A stretch of 64,000 nt of DNA from Macrostomum lignano (taxonomy: Eukaryota). The notes under the pieces were generated by a model. That model ran no database searches and was not told where the DNA came from. It saw only the letters and a program-made list of their open reading frames with translations. A program made the translations under genes and the position numbers. The DNA is taken from the NCBI GenBank assembly GCA_002269645.1, contig NIVC01001215.1, positions 19,635-83,634 of the forward strand, read 5' to 3'. Within the stretch, counting starts at the first letter, position 1. Every line of letters begins with the position of its first letter. Below are positions 41,392-54,574 of the stretch, one piece after another.

Positions 41392-44359
41392 CTACTTGGC
41401 CTCGGCCTTTGGCGGGTTGATCTTGACCACCAGCACCAGGTAGTACAGCCAGTAGAAGCAGTTGTACAGCAGGAAGCAGGCGGGAAACAGGAAGCGGCTG
41501 TACGCGTCGATGTCCGAGTCCGGCGCGGGCACTGGCGAGGCTGGCGGCGCGCCGCCTTTGCCGCCGCCACTGACGCCGCCGCCGACGCCGCCCTCTTCAA
41601 CGCTGACAGCCAGGAGATCCTCGAGCTCCTCCGGGAAGCCGGGATAGCCGTGGCCGCCGCCGATGTGGCCGCACGGCAGGCCGGGCGGCGGGCCGCGGAT
41701 GACGGCGAGGCGCTGCAGCTCGGAGCGGACGACGTTGCGGATCTCCTGCTGCCAGCTCTCCATCTTGGTGCGCCGCGCCCGGAAGGAGGCCACGGCGAAC
41801 TCGATGAGGGCGCCGATGACGAACATGATGCTGGCGATGATCCAGATGTCGATGGCCTTGATGTAGGCAACCCTGCGAAGGCGGCGGGGCAGAGGGTTAG
41901 TCAGGTAGACTGAATAAAAAAGGCACTGCAGAGCCCTGTTTGATATTTTCTGCTTTTTTCAACACAACCTCAGTGTTGTGCCCTTTTAGCAGTGTTGCAT
42001 TCTCAAGTTTATCAGTTTAGAAGTTTGCAAAAATCAGCAAATTCTCGGAGTTGAAAATCCCGATCTCTCCTCTGCAAATTGGCCTGCCGCGACGCGGTCC
42101 TTGTAGAAAAATTTCTGGGGCACAGGGCGAATTGAGAAGGCAAACTGAGCAAACTGAGTGACTCCTGAGGCTGCTTAGGCCCTGCCCTGCTCCATAAATC
42201 AGGAGCCACCACAGCAAGCAGGCTTGAAAGCTGACGAAGCCACAGGAAGAAGCAGCTTAGACACTTAATCTGAGATCAGCGGAGGGGATTTATGACGCCC
42301 TCATTCTGCACTTTCTGCCGAACTCAGCGATAGGACCAGGATTAAGCCAGACTGAGCAGCTCAGCCCAGAGTGCTGGCAGCCCCATCAACCCCGCAGCAG
42401 CCCCAGAGACTCCCCGGACTCGTGCCGTGGGCGATAAAATTGAGTTTTTAGCAGTCTTTAATCAGCCAGCGAGATCTGGCAGCCAGTGCTAATGAGAACT
42501 GCTCAGCCCGGACTCGCCGGCGCCAAGGGCTCCGTGAGGACTTTGATCTCACCGGCCTCACCCTCGATCCTTGCCCAGATTCTTTATTACTCATTGAGGC
42601 GAACAGTCAAGACCTCTTTAATCGGGCACCCTTTGTGTGAAGTTAGCGGTCGCTTAAAACAGTCGGAAAAGGAGATTCATTTGATTAATCACTTTGTAGC
42701 AGACCTGTGTGAGACCTGCAGAACTGTGTGAGACCTGCAGAACTGTGTGAGACCTGCAGACCTGTGTGAGACCCGCAGACCTGTGTGAGACCTGCAGAAC
42801 TGTGTGAGACCTGCAGAACTGTGTGAGACCTGCAGAACTGTGTGAGACCTGCAGAACTGTGTGAGACCTGCAGAACTGTGTGAGACCTGCAGAACTGTGT
42901 GAGACCTGCAGAACTGTGTGAGACCTGCAGAACTGTGTGAGACCTGCAGACCTGTGTGAGACCTGCAGAACTGTGTGAGACCTGCAGAACTGTGTGAGAC
43001 CTGCAGAACTGTGTGAGACCTGCAGAACTGTGTGAGACCTGCAGAACTGTGTGAGACCTGCAGAACTGTGTGAGACCTGCAGAACTGTGTGAGACCTGCA
43101 GAACTGTGTGAGACCTGCAGAACTGTGTGAGACCTGCAGAACTGTGTGAGACCTGCAGAACTGTGTGAGACCTGCAGAACTGTGTGAGACCTGCAGAACT
43201 GTGTGAGACCTGCAGAACTGTGTGAGACCTGCAGTCCCTCCTACCTGTGTGAGAGCTGCAGACCTGTGTGAGACCTGCAGCCCCCTCCTCCTGTTGTATC
43301 AGCACCTGCTACTTGGGCAGATTGGCCATCAAGGTAGATGCCTAGGAGAGTCTGCAGTCCCTACCTGGGCAGGTTGGCCATCACGGTGGATGCCTGGGTG
43401 AGGATACCCAACAGGGTGAGCAGGCCCAGCGTAACCCGAGCGGGCACGGCTTCTATATTGACCCAGAAGCTGAGCCAGCTGACGGCAATGATGAGGATGG
43501 CGGGGATGTAGGTGCCGGCCAGGTAGCTGCTCAGCTGCCGCTCCAGCTTGAAGATCGCCTTCAGGCACGCGTAGCTCCCTGTGCTGGTCGCGCTGCCCTG
43601 CGTGCAGTCCTCCACAATGGCGAAGTCGGGTGTGTTGAACTCGGAAATCTGCATGGAGCCGTCCAGCTCCACCGGGTCTTTCAACCCGTCCCGCTTCCAC
43701 TTGAACAGCAGGTTCCTCGTGGTGTATCCGTAGCTGCCGATGTTCACGAAGCACGTCTGTGTGTCCATGGGAAATGTCTGCAACTGCATCTGGCACGAGA
43801 ACTTCATGGTAACCTTCTGCGAATACAGGATCTGCCCGTCGGGCTCAACTCTGATCAGATAGTTAGGCTGAGTCATGGTGTGCAGGTAACCCTCCTTTCC
43901 ATTACGGAAGAACAGGTCTGGAAGCCACAGGTGCTCCTTCTTGGCGGGGATGGCGATGGACTCGTTGTAGAAACTGAAGTCTTTGCGATGATCCCAGCGC
44001 AGCCGCGTGTCCTTCCAGAACTGACGCAGGTACATGTCCAGCGTAAACTCCATGTTGATGACGTCCACCTTGTTGATGCTGAGAATCTTCATGTTGACGT
44101 CCACGGCCGTGGATGGCTGCACCGGCTTGCTGGAGCCGGACACGTCTGGGGCGGGCTCAGCCGGCTGGCCGTCCGGCTTCGGCGGCATCTCCACCGGCCG
44201 CTGGTGCTTATTGTAGCCGCGGAAGATCGCCTCCACGATGCGGTCCACGATGTTGGTGTAGTTCGGCCGAACTGACCCGCTGGTCGGCTGAATCTCCTCG
44301 GTGGCGAACACAGCAGCGACCGCCAGCAGGGCTGGCAGCAGGCGGCACCAAAAGTGCAT
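41392..44359 (-). CDS. Anion-selective Cys-loop receptor subunit A (GluCl/glycine-receptor-like), 491 aa
   Basis: Exon 1, 44359-43365: signal peptide, WLPDLFF, Cys loop CQMQLQTFPMDTQTC, SYGYT, TM1, PAR-TM2. Exon 2, 41872-41392: VAYIKAIDIW TM3 and IDAYSRFLFPACFLLYNCFYW TM4. Phase-2 junction CCC AG|G. Confidence 0.93.
42705..43270 (+). repeat. 19-bp intronic minisatellite CTGTGTGAGACCTGCAGAA
   Basis: Tandem units in the channel intron. Confidence 0.95.
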
Positions 44360-45184
44360 CGCGATCGGCCTATGGCTGGCTCTCGATGCTCTCCTCTCCG
44401 GCTGTCTCTGCGCTCTCCTGGGAGCGGCTATCGGCAAGTGCGAGGCTGGGAGCAGGAATTGTCAGCACCTGCCAGCCCGGGCTAATGGGAGCAGAGCAGC
44501 TTAGCTCCCAGCTCAAATGCCGGTAGCGGTGAGCCAGGAGGACATGCGGGGCTGCAGTCGCTATTTGAGTATTTCCTATATCTGTTCTGGGGATCAGTCT
44601 CGCGCAAACAACACTCTTATCCGCTTCCCATTTTCCTCTCCCGCTCATTCTCTTCCCTGGCCTTTGGTAGCCAATGACCGCAGCGGCTCGGCGAGCCGGC
44701 TTTAATCCGGCCTGCCCCGGCCCGGTTTCATTATCCCTGGCCTCTGCCCCGCATTGTCAGCAGCCACACCGGCCGGCCATTAGAGCCCCACCGCTGCCAG
44801 GCAGACAACAGCAGCAGAGTGAGTCCGCACTGCCACTTCCTCACTCTGAGTGGTGAGCTGCAGCTCAGCCCAGCCTCTCTTATCTGCGCTCAGCAACTCC
44901 GGGTCTGACTGGATTCGGCCAAAAAGCTCCCATATTACTTTAATCAATTTGGCGCATGCGATCCCCGCTGGAGCAAATTGTCAAGCAATTTGGCACCAAT
45001 TCAGGGCTGGGCGACTGTCGATGCGAGAGAGACTGAACCGACTTTTGCCGGTGTTGGACCTGCAGCTCATCAGCCTGTTCCACACCTGGGTTCCTGGGGA
45101 CCGGGTTTTGAGGAGCTTCTGCTAAGCAAATTACTTAATTGAATTAAATTTTCTAAATGATCTGTAGCTCAACCGAAGAGCTGA

Positions 45185-46678
45185 GTACAGCACGCAACCA
45201 TAGACATGGAACACTGTGTACAGCACGCAACCATAGACATGGAACACTGTGTACAGCACGCAACCATAGACATGGAACACTGTGTACAGCACGCAACCAT
45301 AGACATGGAACACTGTGCACAGCACACAATCATAGACCTGGAGCAGTGTACAGCACACAATCATAGACCTGGAACAGTGTACAGCACACAATCATAGACC
45401 TGGAACAGTGTACAGCACACAACCATAGACCTGGAACAGTGTACAGCACACAACCATAGACATGGAACAGTGTACAGCACACAACCATAGACCTGGAACA
45501 GTGTACAGCACACAATCATAGACCTGGAACAGTGTACAGCACACAACCATAGACCTGGAACAGTGTACAGCACACAATCATAGACATGGAACAGTGTACA
45601 GCACACAACCATAGACATGGAACAGTGTACAGCACACAATCATAGACATGGAACACTGTGTACAGCACGCAACCATAGACATGGAACACTGTGCACAGCA
45701 CACAATCATAGACATGGAACACTGTGTACAGCACAAAACCATAGACATGGAACACTGTGCACAGCACACAATCATAGACATGGAACACTGTGTACAGCAC
45801 AAAACCATAGACATGGAACACTGTGTACAGCACACAATCATAGACATGGAACACTGTGTACAGCACAAAACCATAGACATGGAACACTGTGCACAGCACA
45901 CAATCATAGACATGGAACACTGTGCACAGCACACAATCATAGACATGGAACACTGTGCACAGCACACAATCATAGACCTGAACACTGTGTACAGCACACA
46001 ATCATAGACATGGAACACTGTGTACAGCACACAACCATAGACATGGAACACTGTGTACAGCACACAACCATAGACATGGAACACTGTGTACAGCACGCAA
46101 CCATAGACATGGAACACTGTGTACAGCACACAACCATAGACATGGAACACTGTGTACAGCACGCAACCATAGACATGGAACACTGTGTACAGCACACAAT
46201 CATAGACATGGAACACTGTGTACAGCACACAATCATAGACATGGAACACTGTGTACAGCACACAACCATAGACATGGAACACTGTGCACAGCACACAATC
46301 ATAGACATGGAACACTGTGTACAGCACACAACCATAGACATGGAACACTGTGCACAGCACACAATCATAGACATGGAACACTGTGCACAGCACACAATCA
46401 TAGACCTGAACACTGTGCACAGCACACAATCATAGACATGGAACACTGTGTACAGCACACAACCATAGACATGGAACACTGTGCACAGCACACAATCATA
46501 GACATGGAACACTGTGCACAGCACACAATCATAGACCTGAACACTGTGTACAGCACACAATCATAGACATGGAACACTGTGCACAGCACACAATCATAGA
46601 CATGGAACACTGTGTACAGCACACAACCATAGACATGGAACACAGTGCACAGCACACAATCATAGACCTGAACACTGT
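45185..46678 (+). repeat. 31/33-bp minisatellite CATAGACATGGAACACTGTGTACAGCACACAAT, ~1.5 kb
   Basis: Tandem units with two length variants. Confidence 0.95.
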
Positions 46679-47639
46679 AAGAATCGTCGGAGAGTCAAAC
46701 CTTCCCTCTTTGAAAATGAAAAAAAATTCCATATCTGAATGGTCCGCACAAGCCTTTAACTAAAAATTAAGCTTCTTACACGCTGGTGCATTTAAAAATC
46801 CAGTGAATTTTCAACCAAGCAGACTACTTACAGTAGAATGAGTAGCAAAGCCGGTGGCTCAGGGGACTTCAGTAGGAAGCATTGAAATGCTTCATTCTGA
46901 GCAGTCCAGCTCACACAGGCAGAGTGCATGAGTAGGACTTTGCTTTCTTCAACGAACTACTTGCTGTTTAATTTCGATAATTGGCTAGGCTTTGGCTAGA
47001 GCGGTACAGTTGAGCTTATTCCAATGCACTTCATTTTGCGCACGGGCTGATTGAGCATTTCATAAATTCATGATTATTGACCTGTGGTCGAACTGATGCA
47101 TGAAACAGCTGTTTGCAGCTGCTGTACCGTAGTCGGTGCAGAACTGCCCCAGGTCTTGAATTCCATGTCGAATCTCGTCGCTTATTGAGTGCCCGGGGAT
47201 TAAAAATCAGGGTGAAAGGAGAGTTGAATCCATTGGGACAGGGACTGAACCAATGGATTTTGCCATTCTCATTTTAAGCTCAAAAGCGGAACAGCTCCTA
47301 CATAGTGAGCACTTTCTTCAAGAATTTTTGGAAAAACGTTTTGCTAGTGGTCCTCGTCTATTTTAATCCAGAGCAACGAGTCCCATAGCTTTGAAGAGGT
47401 GAAGTTGCTTCTGGAATATTTGCAGTTCATGCGACCCTGTCACGAGAACAGGTAGGAATAAATGGCAACAGAGTAACAGAGACAGCTTTTCAAATTCTAA
47501 ATGATTTAGAGTGCATCTATTTTTAGAAATTAAATCAACCGAATCCTCAGCAAGTGGCCACTGATTTTGGAGGCTGCGCAAGTCAAAGCCCGCAGTTACC
47601 GAAACCAACGCCTCCACAAAGTACACTCTGCCCTCACTG

Positions 47640-48150
47640 TGTGATGAGATGGTGTGGAGTGAGCAGAGTGTGATGAGATGGAGCAGTGAGCAGTGTGATG
47701 AGATAGAACAGTAAGCAGAGTGTGATGAGATGGTGGGGTGAGCAGAGTGTGATGATGGTGGGGTGAGCAGAGTGTGATGAGATGGTGGAATGAGCAGAGT
47801 GTGATGAGACGGTGGAGTGAGCAGGGTGTGATGAGATGGTGTGGAGTGAGCAGTGTGATGAGATGGAGCAGTGAGCAGTGTGATGAGATAGAACAGTGAG
47901 CAGAGTGTGATGAGATGGTGGGGTGAGCAGAGTGTGATGAGATGGTGGAATGAGCAGAGTGTGATGAGATGGTGGAATGAGCAGAGTGTGATGAGATGCT
48001 GGAGGGCGGGGAGAGGAGATGGAGCAGTGAGCAGTGTGATGAGATAGAACAGTGAGCAGAGTGTGATGAGATGGTGGGGTGAGCAGAGTGTGATGAGATG
48101 GTGGAATGAGCAGAGTGTGATGAGATGCTGGAGGGCGGGGAGAGGAGATG
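47640..48150 (+). repeat. ~27-bp degenerate minisatellite (GTGTGATGAGATGGTGGGGTGAGCAGA)
   Basis: Tandem units visible directly. Confidence 0.88.
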
Positions 48151-49084
48151 CAGGAGACGGGAGAAGGGGATGCAAACATAGGATGGTGCGTGAGAGATGA
48201 TGTGGGATGAAAAGTGAACATAATTGGCGTCTGGATTTTAACGGCGCAGAGAAATCGGCAAGGAGTTTCAGATCCCACCGCTCTGATCCCGCACAAGACG
48301 GATTAGGAGAGCGCCATGACGGAGCCAAGGGGATAATCTGGCCTGAGCTTTCCCTGCCTCTTCTCGAAAAAGAGGCCCTCAAAGGGGATTCGGATATTAA
48401 AAGATGAAAAGCGGGGCTTTGAGCACAGTTCTCATCGGAGCTGAAATTAATAGGCAATCGCAACAGCCGTCAGCCTGCATGTTCAGAAGGCACTCAAGAA
48501 GCGAATGCGTCTTGAAGCTTGTGTCTTTCTAGAGGAAAAGCTCCTCAAAGGTTTGCAGAGGCCAGATGAAAAAACTGAGCTTGGCTGTTTTGATGCATTT
48601 ATGGAGAAACTGGGCCGTTTCCGGCGACAGTCCGGCGCAGGGCGCGGCTTTCTGACCGCCTACAGCTGGGATTCGGGCGGCCCACCTGGCTTGCATAAAT
48701 AATGATTTGAGATCGCACTGGTGGGCTCTCTTCACCTGTCCCCGTGAGAAAGAAGGCTCAGCCTGAGGATTAGGGCCGCTTCTGAACTTATGCAGCCGCG
48801 GATTGAGGAGGGAATGAAGATGCCGAGAGAGGCTGGGTGAGTAAGCGGAGAGGAGCTGGATTTCTAGATATCGGGTGAGCTGAGCACCACAAGCTCTGGG
48901 CCTGAGCCCGCGAAACGGGCGCATGACTTGCTGACAGGGCAAGACTGAAAACTGGCATGAGAGACCGCAGTGAGCAGACTGGATGGGCACTTTCAGTGAG
49001 CCGTCAAATGCTCAAAAAGGGCACCAATTAAGAAATAAAAGTAACCTCAATTTTCTTGAAAACAGCTGACTAAGAATGGCCTAC

Positions 49085-50028
49085 CTGGGCAGGTTGTTGA
49101 TGACTGACATGCCCTGGGTGAGGATGCCCAGCAGGGTGAGCAGGCCCAGGGAGACCCTGGCTGGCACGGCTTCAATACTGATCCAGAAGTTGAGCCAAGA
49201 GACCGCCACGATGAGGATGGCGGGGATGTAGGTACCGGATAGGTAGCTGCCCAGCTGCCGCTCCAGCTTGAAGATCGCCTTCAGGCACGCGTAGCTCCCT
49301 GTGCTGGTCGCGCTGCCCTGAGTGCAGTCGTGGCTCTCAGCAAAGTCGGGCGCGTTGAACTCGGAAATCTGCATGGAGCCGTCCAGCTCCACCGGGTCTT
49401 TCAGCCCGTCCCGCTTCCACTTGAACAGCAGGTTCCTCGTGGTGTATCCGTAGCTGCCGATGTTCACGAAGCACGTCTGCGTGTCCATGGGAAACGTCTG
49501 CAACTGCATCTGGCACGAGAACTTCATGGTAACCTTCTGCGAATACAGGATCTGCCCGTCGGGCTCAACTCTGATCAGATAGTTAGGCTGAGTCATTTTG
49601 TGCAGGTAACCCTCCTTTCCATTACGGAAGAACAGGTCTGGAAGCCACAGGTGCTCCTTCTTGGCGGGGATGGCGATGGACTCGTTGTAGAAACTGAAGT
49701 CTTTGTAATGATCCCAGCGTAGCCGCGTGTCCTTCCAGAACTGACGCAGGTACATGTCCAGCGTAAACTCCATGTTGATGACGTCCACCTTGTTGATGCT
49801 GAGAATCTTCATGTTGACGTCCACGTCGGTCGAATCCTCTTCTATGGTGCCGTCCGGCTTCTGCCGGCTAGCGGGCACGGGCCGCTGGTGTTTGTTGTAG
49901 CCGCGGAAGATGTGGAACACGATGCGGTCCACGATGTTCGTGTAGTTGGGTGCGGCGCCGCAGTCCGCAACCTGCACCCAGGCCAGCAGAACGGCCAACA
50001 GAACCAGGAGCAGCCGCGCTGGCGCCAT
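49085..50028 (-). CDS. Cys-loop anion-channel subunit B, first exon only (signal peptide, ECD, TM1, TM2); no private TM3-TM4 exon found
   Basis: 944-nt exon ending NLP AG|gtag in the same phase as subunit A exon 1; near-identical to A across the central ECD. Confidence 0.88.
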
Positions 50029-50034
50029 CTCGGG

Positions 50035-50385
50035 CGCCTTAGACGGAGACTAGCGGCTTCTGCTGGCGCGATCGCGGGCGCCTCAGACGGAGGCTAGCGG
50101 CTTCTGCTGGCGCGATCGCGGGCGCCTCAGATGGAGACTAGCGGCTTCTGCTGGCACGATCGCGGGCGCCTCAGATGGAGACTAGCGGCTTCTGCTGGCA
50201 CGATCGCGGGCGCCTCAGATGGAGACTAGCGGCTTCTGCTGGCGCGATCGCGGGCGCCTCAGACGGAGGCTAGCGGCTTCTGCTGGCGCGATCGCGGGCG
50301 CCTCAGACGGAGGCTAGCGGCTTCTGCTGGCGCGATCGCGGGCGCCTCAGACGGAGGCTAGCGGCTTCTGCTGGCGCGATCGCGG
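50035..50385 (-). repeat. 44-bp GC-rich tandem repeat (~8 copies) immediately upstream of the subunit B start codon
   Basis: ctagcggcttctgctggcgcgatcgcgggcgcctcagacggagg recurs at 50050, 50094, 50138 and so on. Confidence 0.93.
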
Positions 50386-53300
50386 GCCCCGACGCCCATG
50401 CGGCTTTGGTCGGCTGGAGGCCTCGCTGCAACTGCCGCACAGAGGACGGAAAACCCTGGGACCAGGCCGGTGATCCGAGCTGTCGGTGTCTGAATTCCCG
50501 CTGAAACTTTGGATGGCCGTGCTAATTCGGTGGCGCTCGGGTGGGCCGAATTCCAACTCTCTGAAGTATCAGCCCGCGGGGACTGGCGTACAGCCGTTCA
50601 GCTCGCTTGTGCGCAAAGGCTTGGCGAGGCTGCTATGGACGGGTCACGGGCTGAGTTGCTGCAGAAGGCCGCGGGAGAATCCCCCTCTGGGAGGGGCTGC
50701 AGAGCAGCGCGGGCCTGCTCGGCTCCCATTGGCCCGCTAGACTGTTTAGGGATGAACGGTCGGAGGTGAGGTGGCGCTCACGCAGGGAAACCGGTGCGAT
50801 CCGGAGCGGACGGGCAGGGTCTCCCCTTGCCCTCTGTCCCCCCAGCGAGCGGTCGCCACAACCCGCCTTCCCATTGTTGTTGCAGTGATCGATGGCTCAG
50901 TGGGAAACTCGCAGCAGAATCTGAGAACTCAGTGTTAGTGCAAAGCCTGAGGGAGCTGTTCATGCTATGCTGAATTTTTTTTGCTCAGCAGAAAGCCAGC
51001 AAGGTGCCTTGTATTCAGTTTCGACGCAGGAAGACAGTTGGATACAGATGGCGCAGCTGAATTCCTGGAACAAGGCAGCTGGGAAATTCTTGCTTATCTG
51101 CAGAGTACTCCCTAATGGTTCTGTGTTCTGCCTGGCCGGCACCTCAGCCCCAGCCTCTCCTAACACCCCTAAAAGATTCGCAGCCTGACAGGCAAACAAG
51201 AGAAAGATTATTCAAGCGACAATCCCCTCCCGCAAGAGGAATGCAGCCGGCAGGAAGTCGTCCGCATAAGGCGGGAGAAGCCAATTAGCAAAGCCCTGAC
51301 GACAGATTCTCGCGGACTGGGAACCAGCACAACGAAGTCGGCAACAGGCAGGTCTGGCACTTTTCGCTGGAGCCCTTGGCATGTTAGCGCAGAGTCAGAC
51401 ACGATCCGCAGTTTCTCCTAGCCGACGCGGTGCGCTTTCAGTAGCGGTCACCCTTCGGTGCACTTTTACTACTAATGCATTTAGTCCACGGGCCGGGTGG
51501 CTCCAGCGAGCGGTAAAGCCGAAATAATTGAATAATTATTGCCGCTCAGGCCGACCACCTCGAGCTAGTTTGAGCAGCTGAGCTTTATCGCACTGATTTC
51601 ATTAGTTCCCCGAAACCCCAGACTTGCACTTTTGTCTCCATTGTTGGTCTCGGCTTTTACACAGGCTTTGGCCACAAGCTCATAGCGCGCTTCTACATCA
51701 AGGATTAATCGAGACCGATGACTTTCAGCAGAGCCAGGCTCATGCGGACCGAGCGCCGAGCAGAAGAAAATGAAGCACCGACAGTCATAAGGAGAGCTGC
51801 ATGACCCGTGGCATGAAATTAATATTGAAGCCCGCCGTGCCATACGGAGTCGAATGGCAGCGAAGGGGGCCTAGCGCTGCTCGTACTTTCACTCTGTTTG
51901 CCAGCCCGGGTGGGGCGGCGGAAGAGTCGCGAAGGCTGCTGCGATTCCCCCCTCCCTCAGGAATCTCTTTGGCCGCCTGCCCTGCCCTGCTGCTCCGGAG
52001 AAACCTCAGCCCTCTCCCGGGCCAGCGCACCCAACTTTGAATTTGAGGCCTGCCGGGAGACTCAGAGGCAAGTGGGAGTGGCAGCATGCAGCCCACTCCC
52101 TGTTCATCTATCCCAGCCTGCTCACGGCGACACGCGAGTTGCCTCCCCCTCCGAAGTCCCAGACTAGCGGACCACTGCGGGAACACCGGCAGCGCGCTGG
52201 AGTGACGGTCTCTAGTAATAGGTCGCTTGCCCTCCCCAAGAAGCTGCCTGTGCCTCTTCCACTTTCTCCTAGTTTCTGTCTGTCTGTCTTCTCAAACTCT
52301 CGAGCTACAGATCATGCAAGAGCAGAGATCGGTAAATTAGCCCGCGCTCGGCCATCACGATGGGGCAGCTTTAAAAGTCCCATCAGTCTTAGGCGGGAGA
52401 TTCTCCAAAGAGATTCCGATCATAGCAGCTACTCTAGGAACGAAAAATTGCTCTGCCCGCCCATGCATTGAGAAAGCGTTTTTGAGCATGAGAACTCATT
52501 TTAAAGCTGAGAGCCTTCAGAGAGCTCCTCCGTCTTTCACGTCTCCTACACTACAAAAATCCTTGAGTCGATGTGGGCGTAATTTGCTCCGAGATAGAGT
52601 CAGCCGCATGCTTAGCCAGCCCTGCGAGTTATAAAAGTTTGCATCTTCATCACGCAGTCCTGAGCGGCGTTCGCGATGAAGTTAATCCCAATTTGCTTTG
52701 AGGCTGGCGGCCCGCCCCGGGCGAAGTTGTCACTAATCTGCTCCCGATTTCAGCTTAATCCGGCGGCCTCACCCCAGGGACACAGGGGATGGGGCGGAAC
52801 TTCAGGGGACAGAAAAGCTGATGAGAATTTCTGAGCCCCTCACGAGTCTCTGGACTCGTTGGTTGAGAGAAAGTGCAGCACAGCGGCTTCAAAATTTTCT
52901 CCCGGCGTGAATTCCGGCTGGAGCTGCGAGCCACTTCAACACGAGAGCAACCCGACACCCCCTGCTCAGAGCACCGGACTCAAACAAGGCAACGGCTTCG
53001 CTCAAGAGGGACATGGGCTATAATTTGTATTTTTGCCGAAATAACTGACTGTGAATTCAAAAGAAATCTACTAATAAGAATTCTGCACGACTTGAAGGCG
53101 CTGCAACTCGAGAGGGAGCTCAGCAAGATCCCGTGATGCCTGCTCTCAACTTATGACACACAATCGGATTAACTCGCTGCATCGGACTAGAGGCTCTGGA
53201 ATCCAAGCATCATCTACCCCTCAGCTGCAGCCGCTGTGGAGGCCTATTTCTCTGCCTGTCTCAGCTGCCCCTCTCTCGCACCCGCGACAGAGGAGGGAAG

Positions 53301-54574
53301 GCGCGTCACTTCGCATTACGCGTGAAAACGGGAAATTGCCTCGCGAAACGGAAGACGCTGCCTTTTCCTCCGCTGGCTGGGCCGCTCGGGCCAGGGCGGG
53401 GGGGGCACGGGGACTCGGCTGGGCAGAGTTCGTCTGACCTGCAGTTGCTCAGTAGAGCAGCTTCTACTCTGTCTTAATGAGCGGCAGCGGGGCTGTTGAG
53501 CACTGCATGCTAGCTTTGGCATGCGGAGGTATTGCAGCAGCGGATATTATAATAGTTCAGGTAAGCGAATCTCCGCTAGGCTGAGTGCTAGGGCATGCAG
53601 AGCATAAATTTGCTTGTGCTCTGCCCGTGCCTCCTCTCTCCATTGAGAAGATCTTGTTTGTACTTTTCACTACCAAAGCTTGGCAGAGTTTATTTTGGGA
53701 TGCTGCATCAATAAAACACCTAGAGAATGCAGAATTCAATATTCTCCCATCAATGAAAATGGGAATAAAAAGATAATAGCCACCCACATCCAGCTTTATG
53801 GCCTCAAACATGCCTACCAGGTTCACTGCAGTGTCTTCCATCGGAATGGCCGCTCTATAATTGCTTGCCAGATTTTTTATAAGACAGCAACCGGCTGTCT
53901 CGTAGCGATAGATCTGGTCGAGTGAGCTGCAGCAGGGCGCCCGCGCTGCCCCCTTCCCTATCCCGATCTCCCTTTGTGCCGAACTTTCTAAAGAAGGATC
54001 GCCTTTGGACTGAGAGCTTCCTGCCCAGCACGACCGGCTGCTTTCTGTCCTCTTTAATTTTCAGCGCAATTCATAAGTGGATCTCAAGCCCTTTGGCTCT
54101 CTGGCTTCTTTAAACTACAATAAAGACTCCAAAACGGCTTTTACTTGAAAGGGTAGTCCTGCATCCTGCACAGTGGCTGACTGCAGACAGTGTAGCATTG
54201 GCTAAGCCCGAGGCATCATTTTTCTTTAAAGTACTTTGCACAAATAACTGTCTTGGAATAGCAGAATCGTGGTGGCGAAGGGCAGGTCAGCTAATGGGGG
54301 TGCAAGAGTTGTAGCTGCAGCAGGGCACAGTATAGGCTCAGCCAGGTGCATAAACAGACATACTTGAAGATTATTAGCTAATTTTCATATTCTCGCAACA
54401 GTGTACGAGCGTAGAGTGTCATATCTCTGCACGGAGGGTGTACAAAGCAGTGTACACTTATCTTGCTACCCAGATAAAGAGAAGAACAAATGCCATTAAA
54501 GCTTTTCTAGGCCGAGGTGAGACAGACTGTTAAATACTAAGCCGAGTGAAAAATGTTGACTGTAGCAGTACGCA

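Noticed and set aside
50400-54500. Many short GC-rich ORFs upstream of channel B
   Set aside because: No recognisable motifs and no consistent splice-phase chain; treated as intergenic or regulatory.
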